From a candidate division FCPU426 bacterium (GTDB taxonomy: Bacteria > Oederibacteriota > JAAXVQ01 > JAUVAV01): 64,000 bases of DNA. Made by a program: the position numbers and the translations under genes. This document shows, piece after piece, positions 19,543-29,053 of the stretch. The notes beneath the pieces are model-generated. The model was not told the origin of the DNA. It saw only the letters and a program-made list of their open reading frames with translations, and ran no database searches. The DNA is taken from contig JBFLYH010000003.1 of the NCBI GenBank assembly GCA_040756875.1, positions 224,001 through 288,000 of the forward strand, read 5' to 3'. Within the stretch, counting starts at the first letter, position 1, and the number at the start of each line of letters is the position of its first letter.

Positions 19543-19618
19543 GGCCACACCTCCTGTCATCCTCATCTTCTTTCATAAATTTAGACACCGGTGAAGCGTT
19601 TGGGGTCCCTGGCTAACT

Positions 19619-20239
19619 TTAGAATGCCACGCCCAGGCCGATCCCCAAGCCGAAGAAAACTCCCCCGCCGAACGTGCTGCCGCCCACGCTGACCGAACCG
19701 ATGGTGAAGCCCAGAGCCAACGAGGGCGAAACCACGAAAGCAACCTGGTCGCTCACCTGGAACAGCAGGCGGTATCCGCCTTCTGCCCGGGGGGTGAGAA
19801 AGAATCCCGAAGCCGTCTGACCGGCGTTGCTGTAGCTGAACCCGTATACATCCATCCCCGGACCAACCCACAAGCCTTCCTGCGGGCTGACATTGTCCAG
19901 GACAAAGAAACGGTAGCTGGCCCCGGCGCCGAACCCGCCGCCGAACAGAATGCGGCCGGCCAAGGCCGCGGTGGGCGAAATCAACCGCTGGTACTCCAGA
20001 TTGCCCAGGCCGAAGGCCAGGCCCACGGGATCGAAGGTGACGCTGTTGAGCGGATTGAAATTGGATTCGGAAAAATGATGCGTGTAAGAACTGCGGCGGT
20101 TCGACTTGACCACCTTTTCGGTCTTGCTGGCCGTTGACTTGGACTTGGCTTTTGATTTGGCCTTGGCCTCGGCCATTCCCGCGCTTCCGGCCACCAGCAA
20201 AGCCAACGCCACAAGCATCGCACTTCCTTTGCGCAACAT
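19619..20239 (-). CDS. Small outer membrane beta-barrel protein (DUF3575-like) with Lys-rich N-terminal extension
   Basis: RBS GGGAGGGG; signal peptide; NLEYQR, GASYRF, alternating strands, terminal Phe. Confidence 0.7.
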   Translation of the reverse strand: MLRKGSAMLVALALLVAGSAGMAEAKAKSKAKSKSTASKTEKVVKSNRRSSYTHHFSESNFNPLNSVTFDPVGLAFGLGNLEYQRLISPTAALAGRILFGGGFGAGASYRFFVLDNVSPQEGLWVGPGMDVYGFSYSNAGQTASGFFLTPRAEGGYRLLFQVSDQVAFVVSPSLALGFTIGSVSVGGSTFGGGVFFGLGIGLGVAF

Positions 20240-20252
20240 GGCACCCCTCCCG

Positions 20253-20296
20253 AAAAAAATCGCCCTCCCGAGGCCGCTGGCGCCGGGAGGGCGGTT
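20253..20296 (-). terminator. Intrinsic terminator after peroxiredoxin
   Basis: CGCCCTCCCG / CGGGAGGGCG stem then T run on the minus strand. Confidence 0.65.
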
Positions 20297-20310
20297 ACAA
20301 ACGGACATGC

Positions 20311-21129
20311 TTACTTCTTTTTCTTGGTCACCGCGTCCATGACTTTTTCTTTATCCAGTTTCTTGGTGCAGAAAAACCAATCGTAGCATTTCATGTCCGC
20401 CTTGCCTTCCATGCGTTCCTTGGCGATGCCGCAGGACCCGGCCGGTGGCACGATCACATCGTCGCCAGGACGCCAGTCAGCGGGCGTGGCCACGGAAAAG
20501 GCATCCGCTGTCTGCAGGGCCACCACGACGCGGTAAAGTTCGTCGAAATTCCGGCCCAAACTCAGCGGGTAGTAGACAATGGCGCGGATTACGCCTTTGG
20601 GATCGATGAAAAAAACCGCGCGCACGGCCTTGGTCGAGCTCTCGCCGGGCTGGATCATGCCGTATTTTTTGGCGACTTCCATGGTGATGTCTTCGATCAG
20701 AGGGAACTTGACTTCAACGTTCTTCATGCCTTTGTACTCGATCTTTTCCTTGATAGTCCTCAGCCACGCAATGTGGCTGTAGAGTCCGTCCACGGACAAA
20801 CCGACCAGCTTGCAGTTCACTTCCGCGAACTTGCCTTCCAGAGAAGCGAACGTTATGAACTCCGAAGTGCAGACCGGAGTGAAATCCGCCGGATGGCTGA
20901 ACAAAATCACCCAACTGCCCGCGTACTGGTCCGGGAAATTGATTTCGCCCTGCGTGGTCACTGCTTTAAAAGCCGGCGCTTTTTCGCCGATGCGCGGCAT
21001 ATGCGTTGCCTGAACCTGGGTTTCCATGCTTCCTCCTCCTGATTCTGCAAATATGGAAGTTGCTGTGAAAAGCAACCCCACGGCCAGCCCTGCTGCAACC
21101 ATGCTTCTGCCCATTCTGCTCAAACTCAT
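20311..21129 (-). CDS. Peroxiredoxin (Prx6/archaeal TPx type); alternative start at 21027
   Basis: FSHPADFTPVCTSE, VRAVFFIDP, YPLSLGRN, TPADW, CYDWFFC. Confidence 0.95.
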   Translation of the reverse strand: MSLSRMGRSMVAAGLAVGLLFTATSIFAESGGGSMETQVQATHMPRIGEKAPAFKAVTTQGEINFPDQYAGSWVILFSHPADFTPVCTSEFITFASLEGKFAEVNCKLVGLSVDGLYSHIAWLRTIKEKIEYKGMKNVEVKFPLIEDITMEVAKKYGMIQPGESSTKAVRAVFFIDPKGVIRAIVYYPLSLGRNFDELYRVVVALQTADAFSVATPADWRPGDDVIVPPAGSCGIAKERMEGKADMKCYDWFFCTKKLDKEKVMDAVTKKKK

Positions 21130-21396
21130 TTGTATACCCCCCTTTTTTAGTATTAAAAGCGGCTTATACTCTCATAGTCATTCCTAAATAGCAAGCGGGT
21201 CTTGGTTAAATACTTCGTGCCTGACCCTCAAAACTCATTACTAAACGCACTTGCAAAAACGAAGAATCCATTCTCCGAATTTATGCCCGGGATGCCTGAG
21301 GAGGGTTAACCCGCGTTCTTCAAGCAACCGGAAAACCGTGGACAACCGATAATAGCTATATAAAAATAGGAAGCGTGATTTACAAGGAGCGCCAAG

Positions 21397-23277
21397 GTGC
21401 AAGTTAACCCATTCTTTATTCGCGGACACAAATACGGCCATGCGGCTTTTTATCTTCTATTTGGACTGCTGATTTGCCGCCTTCAAGCCTGGGGTGCGCC
21501 GAATATCGACCTGGACACCGCTGCTTATCCCAAAGGCTTGAAGGAACCCACGGCCGAGGAGACGGCCTGGTGGAACCAAAAGGCCGTAGTGCGGACGGAG
21601 GTTCCGGTCACGGCCCTGGGCCTGTCGCGCATGCAAGCCGCCGGCCGTTTGCCTTCGGCCCTCCAGCCCTCCGCGGGCACATTCCAGCCCCTGGCCATGA
21701 CGCCCCAGGCCTTCCCCTCTGACCTGCAGGAAGGCAACCTGCCGCCTGAAGTGGACAACAGCCTGCTGGACGCTTTTCCACCCATCCGCTCGCAAGTGGG
21801 CGGGTCGTGCCAGTCGTGGTGCACCACCTATTATCAAATGACTTACATGACCGCCCTAGTCAAGGGCTGGAACGCCAAAACCGGCACGGACGATTACCGT
21901 TTCTCCCCCCGCTGGACCTACAACTTCATCAACGGCGGCGCGGACAACGGCGCCTCGATGTACGCGGCCGTCCGGCTGGAAACGTGCAACGGCGCGGCCC
22001 GCTGGAGCGATTTTTACGCCGGCGTGACGCCCGTGTTCACGGCCTGGCCCCTGGACGCCGCGGTCTACCAGCGGGCCGCCGGTTCCCGGATCAGCGCCTT
22101 CGGCAGCGTCAGTCAGCTCGGCACGGCCGAAGGGCTGGCGAAGCTCAAGGCCTATCTCAATAACGGCAGCATCCTGTTTTTCGGCACCTTTATTTCCTCG
22201 TGGGCCGGCACCACGGTTTCCGATGATCCCTCCCTGGCCGAGGACGCGGCCTGGGTCGGCGAGCGGGCCTGCCATTACATGCAGAACACCAACCTGGGCT
22301 CGCACTGCATGACTTGCGTGGGATACAACGACACCCTGTGGATCGACGTCAACGGCAACGGCCAGGTGGACGCCGGCGAAAAAGGCGCCCTGAAAATCGC
22401 CAATTCCTGGGGCACGGGCTGGAACAACCGGGGATTCATTTGGCTGGCGTACGACGCCCTGCGCCAGGTTTCGGCGGTCCCCGGCGCCCCAACCAACCGT
22501 TCCGCGGCCTTCTCCTCCGCGTCCTGGATCGAGGTCAGCGACGACAACGCCCCCCGGCTGCTGGGCAGCATCACCCTGCGGGCCGTGCACCGGGACCAGG
22601 TGTGGCTCGATTTTCTGCGCACTTCGACCCAGGCGCAGGAGCCGTTCCCCTCGCCTGAGGAGCAATGGGGCGGATACATCTTCTATAGCGGCGCTTTTTC
22701 CGCCGGGTCCTTCGGCTTCGACGGCCTCGACTATACTTCAAATCCAGCCGACGCGCCGGCGGTCACGTTCGTGTTCGACCTGACGGAGATCGCCCCGGCT
22801 GACCTTGAACCGCACCGCTACGTGGCCCGCGTGCGCAACCAAACCTCTCCTGGCATCGACGTTTCTTCGTTCACTTTGTCCGGCGGCGCGGACCAGGCTG
22901 TCCTGGGCGCCTGCGCCGCCATGCCGCAATCCGCCGCAGCCATGGACACGGTGTACGCTTTCGCCGACGCGCCCACGCGCGCAGCCTGGCTGCGCCGGGC
23001 CGACGACCTGACTCAGGTGCGCGTTTTCCCCAATCCCTGGCGCGGAGACCGCCACGCCGCCCTGCCGGTTTACTTCAACCACCTGCCGGCCGGCAGCACG
23101 GTGCGCATCTACACTTCCTCCGGCCGGCTGTGCCGGACGCTTTTCGCGGGCTCAGGCTACGCGGGTTGGGACCGGCGCGAAGAAGCGGGCACCGAGGCCG
23201 GCCGCGGGGTATATTTCTACTCGGTCCAGGACACTTCCGGAAACCATCGCGAGGGAAAATTTGCCATCATCCGTTGA
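21397..23277 (+). CDS. Secreted papain-like C1 cysteine peptidase with T9SS-like C-terminal domain; start uncertain
   Basis: QVGGSCQSW (Cys), GSHCMTCVGYND (His), IANSWG (Asn); VFPNPW..IYTSSGRL..WD..GVYFY..GKFAIIR. Confidence 0.88.
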   Translation: MQVNPFFIRGHKYGHAAFYLLFGLLICRLQAWGAPNIDLDTAAYPKGLKEPTAEETAWWNQKAVVRTEVPVTALGLSRMQAAGRLPSALQPSAGTFQPLAMTPQAFPSDLQEGNLPPEVDNSLLDAFPPIRSQVGGSCQSWCTTYYQMTYMTALVKGWNAKTGTDDYRFSPRWTYNFINGGADNGASMYAAVRLETCNGAARWSDFYAGVTPVFTAWPLDAAVYQRAAGSRISAFGSVSQLGTAEGLAKLKAYLNNGSILFFGTFISSWAGTTVSDDPSLAEDAAWVGERACHYMQNTNLGSHCMTCVGYNDTLWIDVNGNGQVDAGEKGALKIANSWGTGWNNRGFIWLAYDALRQVSAVPGAPTNRSAAFSSASWIEVSDDNAPRLLGSITLRAVHRDQVWLDFLRTSTQAQEPFPSPEEQWGGYIFYSGAFSAGSFGFDGLDYTSNPADAPAVTFVFDLTEIAPADLEPHRYVARVRNQTSPGIDVSSFTLSGGADQAVLGACAAMPQSAAAMDTVYAFADAPTRAAWLRRADDLTQVRVFPNPWRGDRHAALPVYFNHLPAGSTVRIYTSSGRLCRTLFAGSGYAGWDRREEAGTEAGRGVYFYSVQDTSGNHREGKFAIIR

Positions 23278-24247
23278 CCTTTGCATCCGTTCCTGCGGAA
23301 CGGTTCTGCTGGCGGCCGCGCTGCTGGGCCTGTCCCTGGCGCCTGTCCGGGCCGATGACATTGCCCTGCTCGACCTCGGGCCAGGCACCCGGCCAGCGGC
23401 TCTGGGCCAGGCCTACGTCGCCCTGGCGGACGACGTGCACGCCGTATTTTGGAATCCGGCCGGGCTCGGCTATTCACGCCGGGTCCAGGCCCAATTCATG
23501 CATCACCAGTGGTTGCAAAACAGCACGGCTGAATACCTGGCTGCCGCCTATCCCGTCGGCCCGGGCACCGCGGGCCTGGCCTGCGGCCTCATGCAATTCG
23601 GCGAATTCGACGCTTACGACGAATATGAACAGCCCCAGGGAAGTTTTTCGGCCCTGGAGGGATATGTCAGCGGTGCCTATGGCTGGTCGTTTTTCCCCGG
23701 CGCCTCCTGCGGCGCCGCGCTTAAGCTTCCGTTTTCCTCCCTGGCCGACGACACCCGGCTGGGCGTCAATGCGGACGTGGGGGCGGCTTATGTTTTCCAG
23801 ACCGTGCCGGTCATCCGCGCGGGCGCGGCTGTCGCCAATTTTCTGACCTGGGGCCTGGCCGGGTCGGCCGCGGAAATCCGGCTGGGCCTGGCCATCCAGG
23901 AAAAAAGCGGGCTGCAGCTCAGCGTGGAGGCTGACCGGCGCATCGTACCCGGCTTATGGTTCCTGCGCATGGGCGCGGAGTATGCCTGCACGCGCTGGGT
24001 GGCGCTCCGCCTGGGGCACATGCAGCCCCTGGCTGATTCCGGGCTTCCGGGTTATGGGTTGACCGCGGGCGTGGGGTTCCACGTGGAGGTCGAGCCTTTG
24101 GTTTTCGACGTGGGGTATGCCTATGCGCCGTACGGCCCCTTGGGCCAGACGCACCGGCTGGATTTGACCGCCGAGCTCCCTGATTTCTTCCGGCCTGCGG
24201 CCGCGTCTCCGCTTCCGCTGGCTCCTGCCAAAAAAACTAAGAAATAA
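23261..24247 (+). CDS. PorV/PorQ-family outer membrane beta-barrel
   Basis: GTRPAALGQAYVALADDVHAVFWNPAGL; YAYAPYGPLGQTHRL. Confidence 0.9.
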   Translation: MPSSVDLCIRSCGTVLLAAALLGLSLAPVRADDIALLDLGPGTRPAALGQAYVALADDVHAVFWNPAGLGYSRRVQAQFMHHQWLQNSTAEYLAAAYPVGPGTAGLACGLMQFGEFDAYDEYEQPQGSFSALEGYVSGAYGWSFFPGASCGAALKLPFSSLADDTRLGVNADVGAAYVFQTVPVIRAGAAVANFLTWGLAGSAAEIRLGLAIQEKSGLQLSVEADRRIVPGLWFLRMGAEYACTRWVALRLGHMQPLADSGLPGYGLTAGVGFHVEVEPLVFDVGYAYAPYGPLGQTHRLDLTAELPDFFRPAAASPLPLAPAKKTKK

Positions 24248-24731
24248 TTTTGTCCGGCTGCCGGCGGACAAAATGCTTGGATTGCTTGCCGGTCATGTGC
24301 TCGACGTCAATCCGCACGATCACCATCCTGGCCAAGGGGCCCTCGCCGTAGGTCCAGACCTCCCGGCCGCTGTGCTGCCGCATCAACACGTCCAGGCCGC
24401 GGCGCTTGCCCTCGTCCGTCTCGACGATCCGGGCCTGGCCCCAGCCCACCACGCTCTGAAAACGCGTTTCCCAGCCGCAGGCGCGCTCCGAGGGTTCGAT
24501 CTCGGCCAGGATCTCGGCCTCAAACCCCACGCGCGGATCGCGGCGCAGCAGGTCCAGTTTCTTGCCCTCCGGCGCGCAGTGAAAATACAGGCGGCGGTCC
24601 GCATAACCGTAATTGACGGCCAGCACGTAGGGCGCGGGTTCGTCGTGCCAGGCCACGTGCAGAATGCGGCCCTGCTTGAGCAGGGCTTCCACCTGAGCCG
24701 GATCTTTAATTTCACGTTCCATCTGACGCAT
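24237..24731 (-). CDS. Pyridoxamine 5'-phosphate oxidase/NimA-like flavin-binding protein
   Basis: MRQMEREI, PYVLAVNYGY, YFHCAPEGKKLD, FQSVVG, MTGK. Confidence 0.9.
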   Translation of the reverse strand: MRQMEREIKDPAQVEALLKQGRILHVAWHDEPAPYVLAVNYGYADRRLYFHCAPEGKKLDLLRRDPRVGFEAEILAEIEPSERACGWETRFQSVVGWGQARIVETDEGKRRGLDVLMRQHSGREVWTYGEGPLARMVIVRIDVEHMTGKQSKHFVRRQPDKIIS

Positions 24732-24857
24732 GCCGAGACCTCCCGGAAAGAACGTTCGAAAAAATCCGTCACTGTTCTTTTGCTTCGGAAACACCTTACA
24801 ATTTACACTGAAAATAGAAAAGACAAATCTCGATCAGCCTGCAGCCGAAGAAATAAT

Positions 24858-24885
24858 TTGCTTTTTTCCGGAACCCGTGTATACT
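24858..24885 (+). promoter_or_regulatory. Putative sigma70 promoter for the leader and eamA
   Basis: TTGCTT-N16-TATACT. Confidence 0.45.
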
Positions 24886-24915
24886 TCATGAAATTCTTTA
24901 TCCTTCATTCCAGGT

Positions 24916-25135
24916 GAGTGGCATGCACTTCCATGGGTTCACGCAGCATGGCGCCGGCCGAGTACGGACAGGCAATCCCTGCCTGACCGGGGCCCAGCTT
25001 ATGCCCATGGCCGCCAAAGCCTGGCGTTTGATTAAACGCCACCGCAGCCTGGGGAGGATGCACTCTACCTAGAATACGCTTCTAGTCGCAAGGGGCAGCC
25101 GCCTTTCCAGGAGAAAGGCAGCTGCCCCTTTTTTT
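24916..25135 (+). promoter_or_regulatory. Structured 5' leader or sRNA ending in a terminator; candidate riboswitch/attenuator
   Basis: Several nested stems; 49-codon ORF at 24923-25072; terminator at 25090-25135. Confidence 0.5.
25090..25135 (+). terminator. Strong intrinsic terminator upstream of eamA
   Basis: AAGGGGCAGC-C-GCCTTTC-CAGGA-GAAAGGC-A-GCTGCCCC-TTTTTTT. Confidence 0.85.
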
Positions 25136-25391
25136 ATACCTAAAAACAGGAGGTTATCGCCAAGAACGACTCAGGATTCACTTATTTAAAAATTCCAAAC
25201 CCATTGGGCAAGCGTTTTCAGAGGTACAGCCGCCGCTTGCTCCAGCAACAAGCCCAGGAATTATTCCGGAGGATCCAGCTCAGGCAGAACACGACCTGGC
25301 CTCGGCAGGAGGAAACGGAACCATCCTGGCCTTTGGGCGCTTATGATCCGGGAATATAGACGGCGCCGGCATTCGCGCCAAAGGAGGGGTC

Positions 25392-26282
25392 ATGCTTAAT
25401 TCAGGTTATTTCTATCTGGTGATTATCTACATCGTTTGGGGCACCACGTACCTGGCCATGCGCGTGGGCGTGGGGCCGGGGAGCGGCTTTCCGGTGTTCA
25501 GCTTCGGCGCCGCCCGCTGCTTGGCGGCCGCCGGCCTGTTGTTCCTGATCGCCCGCCTCCGCTCCCAGCGGATTTCGCTCAGCCGCCGGGAACTGGGTTT
25601 TCTGGCTGCCACGGGCATTGGCATGTGGGTCATGGCCCACGGCCTGGTGCTCGTGGCCGAGCAGTACATCGCCTCGGGGTTTGCCGCGGTGGCGGTTTCC
25701 ACCTCGCCGATCTGGGTGCTGCTGTTCACCGCCTGGATGCACAAAACCCGGCCGGATTGGCGGCAGGGGCTGTTCGTGCTGGTGGGATTTCTGGGCGTGG
25801 TCAGCCTGATTTACCCCGAGCTGCGCCACTCCAGCTTCCACGGCACCTTCAGCGTGGTGCTGCTGGTTGTGGCGCCAATCTGCTGGGCGGTCAGTTCCCT
25901 GGTGGTGCGCAGGTACCCGCAGCGTCTTTCCACCTTCACGGTGTCCGCGTACCAGCACCTTTTCGGCGGGCTCGGGTTCGGGATTTTATCGTTGCTTTCC
26001 CGCGAACCGTGGCCGGCGCCCACGCCGGCCGCCTGGACCGCGCTGGGATTCCTGGTGGTCTTCGGATCGGTCATCGCCTTTACGTCGTTCATCAAGGCGC
26101 TGTCCCTGCTGCCCACGCAGGTGGTCACCACCAACACCTATGTCAACCCGATCATCGCGGTGATTTTAGGGGCGTTGATTCTGCGCGAGCAGGTTACGGT
26201 CTGGACCCTGGCGGCCATGGTTCTGGTCGGCTTGTCCGTGGCCGGAGTGATCCGCAGCCAATCCGGAACCTCTCCGGGCTGA
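25392..26282 (+). CDS. EamA/DMT family transporter (YedA-like)
   Basis: YIVWGTTYLAMR, 10 TM, FGSVIAF, YVNPIIAVILG. Confidence 0.93.
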   Translation: MLNSGYFYLVIIYIVWGTTYLAMRVGVGPGSGFPVFSFGAARCLAAAGLLFLIARLRSQRISLSRRELGFLAATGIGMWVMAHGLVLVAEQYIASGFAAVAVSTSPIWVLLFTAWMHKTRPDWRQGLFVLVGFLGVVSLIYPELRHSSFHGTFSVVLLVVAPICWAVSSLVVRRYPQRLSTFTVSAYQHLFGGLGFGILSLLSREPWPAPTPAAWTALGFLVVFGSVIAFTSFIKALSLLPTQVVTTNTYVNPIIAVILGALILREQVTVWTLAAMVLVGLSVAGVIRSQSGTSPG

Positions 26283-26312
26283 AGCACGGAAACGAATGAA
26301 CGGCGTTTAACT

Positions 26313-26357
26313 AAAAAGCGGTCCCGACCGGCGTTTATCACGCTTCGGGACCGCTTT
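26313..26357. terminator. Terminator between convergent eamA and MCP genes
   Basis: AAAGCGGTCCCGA / TCGGGACCGCTTT. Confidence 0.7.
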
Positions 26358-26394
26358 CCTTAGCATTTCATTTCCAGCCGACCCAACCCGCGGA

Positions 26395-27960
26395 TTACGT
26401 CTTCGCGGCCACTGCCCATTCGTTTTGGGAAACCTGCGCGCCATTGCCGCCGTTCGTGTCCACCTGCCGTTTGGGAGCGCCCCACTCACGTTGCCTGATG
26501 GCCCGGGCCCCGTATTCACTCTGTTCCCCTTGGCCGATGATCTGCAGCAACGTATCAACCAAGCCGTGCATCTCCCTGGCCTCGGCCGACATCTCTTCGC
26601 TGGCCGAAGCGGACTCTTCGGCCGTGGAGGCATTGCTCTGTGTGATGGTGTTGATCTGGCTGATGCTGCCGGATATGCTTTCAATTTCATCGGCTTGCGC
26701 TTTGCTGGATTCGGACACTTTGGAAATGATCTGGGTCGCGTCCCCCACTTTCGCCTTGATCTGCGCCAGGCTCTCGGCCACGCTCGCGGACACTTTCACG
26801 CCGTGTTCCGAGCTTTGCTGGGACTGGAGGATCATTTCCGTGGTGTTGCGTGCCGCTTCCGCAGACCGCTGGGCCAGGTTCCGCACCTCTTCGGCCACCA
26901 CGGCAAAACCTTTGCCCGCCTCGCCGGCCCGCGCCGCCTCGACAGCCGCGTTCAAGGCCAGCAGGTTCGTCTGAAATGCGATCTCGTCGATGGTTTTGAT
27001 GATCTTGGCGGTCTTTTCGGACGAACTTTTTATTTGGCGGATGGCTTCACCCATCCGTTCCACCGCCTGGCTGCCCTCTTCCGCCGCGCTTTTTGCCGCC
27101 GTGGCCGAGGCATTCGCCTGCCTGGTGTTCTCCGCGTTATGGTGGATCGAAGACTTCATTTCATCCAAGGAGGAGGAAATTTGGTTCAAGGCGGACGCCT
27201 GCTTGCTGGCCCCCATGGCTACGGTTTGCCCCGATTCCGAAACCTGGCCCGAAGCCGAGGTGATTTGTTCGGCCCCGTTTTTGAGCTGCTGGCTGATGTC
27301 CCTGAGCAATTTGGTGATGTTGGAGGAGGTTAAAATACTGGCCCCGATCAACAGGACCGCGAGGATCAGGCCGGCCACCGACAGGCTCATGATGCCCGAG
27401 GAGACGGTCTGCCTGGCCAGTTTCTCCTGGCTGACATTGTATTCGTTGGCCAACTCGACTGTGCGGTTGATGGCCGCCAAATGCTTCGTGTATTGATCGC
27501 TCAATTCCGCGAGCGCCTCTTCGGCCTTTGCCGTGTCGCCCGACTGGATGGCGGGCAGATACTGCGACTTGAGGAGGCTGAAGTATTCGGCAGCCGGCTG
27601 GTACGATTCCTGAACCAGCGCGGTTTTCAACGGCCCGGCCGCAAGCGCCTGTTCCCAAAAAGCGTGCCGTCCCGAATAGTCCTTTTCCAGCGTGGCGCAT
27701 TTGTCCGCCAATGCCTGCACTTGCCGGGGATCCTTGCACAGCTGGATCTGCAGGGTGGTCAGGTAAGTTTCAATGATGTATTCGGGAGGCGGCAGGATGT
27801 CCGCCACCAGATCCTTGCCCAGCACGATCCGTTCATAAATAGGGCCGTTCACTTTGACCCGGTTGAGCGTCGTCAAGGCAAACAAAGTCAGCATCAATGC
27901 CGAACCGAGCGCAATAACCGTATTGGTCACCATTTTACGCTGGATTTGATTGAGCTGCAT
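26395..27960 (-). CDS. Methyl-accepting chemotaxis protein
   Basis: 2 TM, periplasmic [11 protein letters not shown] sensor, [34 protein letters not shown]. Confidence 0.96.
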   Translation of the reverse strand: MQLNQIQRKMVTNTVIALGSALMLTLFALTTLNRVKVNGPIYERIVLGKDLVADILPPPEYIIETYLTTLQIQLCKDPRQVQALADKCATLEKDYSGRHAFWEQALAAGPLKTALVQESYQPAAEYFSLLKSQYLPAIQSGDTAKAEEALAELSDQYTKHLAAINRTVELANEYNVSQEKLARQTVSSGIMSLSVAGLILAVLLIGASILTSSNITKLLRDISQQLKNGAEQITSASGQVSESGQTVAMGASKQASALNQISSSLDEMKSSIHHNAENTRQANASATAAKSAAEEGSQAVERMGEAIRQIKSSSEKTAKIIKTIDEIAFQTNLLALNAAVEAARAGEAGKGFAVVAEEVRNLAQRSAEAARNTTEMILQSQQSSEHGVKVSASVAESLAQIKAKVGDATQIISKVSESSKAQADEIESISGSISQINTITQSNASTAEESASASEEMSAEAREMHGLVDTLLQIIGQGEQSEYGARAIRQREWGAPKRQVDTNGGNGAQVSQNEWAVAAKT

Positions 27961-28212
27961 GGCGGTTTTTCCTTTCACAAAGAAATATTCCTCTATTATA
28001 AATATCGACTGTTTTCCAAATAACTTGAACGAAGAACGGCCTCATCAGCGGACCTCCCTGTGGCGGCCAACCGCGGTCAAAACCCCCGGGATAGCCCATG
28101 CGCAGGCCGGTAGCGGAGGATCGTCGTCTTCACGCATCGGAGAACGCAGTCGTTGCTGCCTGAACAGATCGTCGGTGAAATAAGCGGAGTATGACGGAAA
28201 GGAGCGTGCAGT

Positions 28213-28797
28213 TTACTGCACGGGAATCCAGTGTTCCACCACGCGCCTGCCGTTCCGGATGGTTTTCAATTCATAGCGTTCGCCGGCGCCGGGTTTCAAA
28301 CCCAATGGGCGCAGGGTTTTAGCCGCGGCCCGGTAGGCCTTGTTGCCCGTGAAATTGCCCCAGCCAGCCACGCGCACCACCAGCCGCCGGCCGGGTGCGA
28401 TTTTCACCGTCCGCAGGAACCCGGGCAGCCCCATGACCGGATAGCCCAGGGGGGGCAAAAATCCCACCTGGCATTCGATCCGGAGCGGACGCATGAGCAG
28501 GGGCGTGCGGGCGTAGATCGTAATGGGATTGAGATCGTCCCAGCCGCGCTCGGCCAGCGCGCGCCGCACGGTTTCGCGTTTCCCCTCCAGCCCCCACAAT
28601 GTGCCCTGATAATCCGCGACCACGGCCAGGACCTCGGGCAACTCGGCCGGCGCCACCACTTCAATGCCGGTGAAAGGCCCGGAAATAAACAGATAAACGC
28701 CTCCGCCTAAAAACAGCAGGGCCAGCAGCCCCACGGCCGCGAGTACGATCCGCGGCGGGCCATCGCCCTGGTCCACAAATCCACCCGGGTTTCGCAT
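28213..28797 (-). CDS. Membrane-anchored hypothetical protein (possible GyrI-like fold)
   Basis: N-terminal TM; ends ERYELK..VEHWIPVQ. Confidence 0.55.
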   Translation of the reverse strand: MRNPGGFVDQGDGPPRIVLAAVGLLALLFLGGGVYLFISGPFTGIEVVAPAELPEVLAVVADYQGTLWGLEGKRETVRRALAERGWDDLNPITIYARTPLLMRPLRIECQVGFLPPLGYPVMGLPGFLRTVKIAPGRRLVVRVAGWGNFTGNKAYRAAAKTLRPLGLKPGAGERYELKTIRNGRRVVEHWIPVQ

Positions 28798-29053
28798 GCC
28801 GATTCCCGCCTCTGTTTCGAAATGGTGTTAATGAATGCGCTTCCATTCTAGGGCGATCATGGCGGGGAAGACAAGTGAAACCGGCGTGATGATCGCCTGT
28901 CCGGGCAACTTTGAGGGTTTGATCCCAGGCGCGTTTCATATTAGTATAGGTGACTGGACGCCTCATCCGGTCCGGAGAACGGACGGGATCCGGCTTGCAG
29001 CCGGTGGCGTCCGCCGGTACGGTCCAACCCATCCACCAACGCGGAGGCCGGAC

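Noticed and set aside
24916-25135. Assignment to guanidine-I (ykkC), lysine, SAM, TPP, cobalamin or T-box classes
   Set aside because: Diagnostic conserved motifs not found by eye; left unassigned
25148-25359. CDS after the strong AGGAGGT
   Set aside because: No ATG/GTG/TTG at usable spacing; mentioned only within the leader finding
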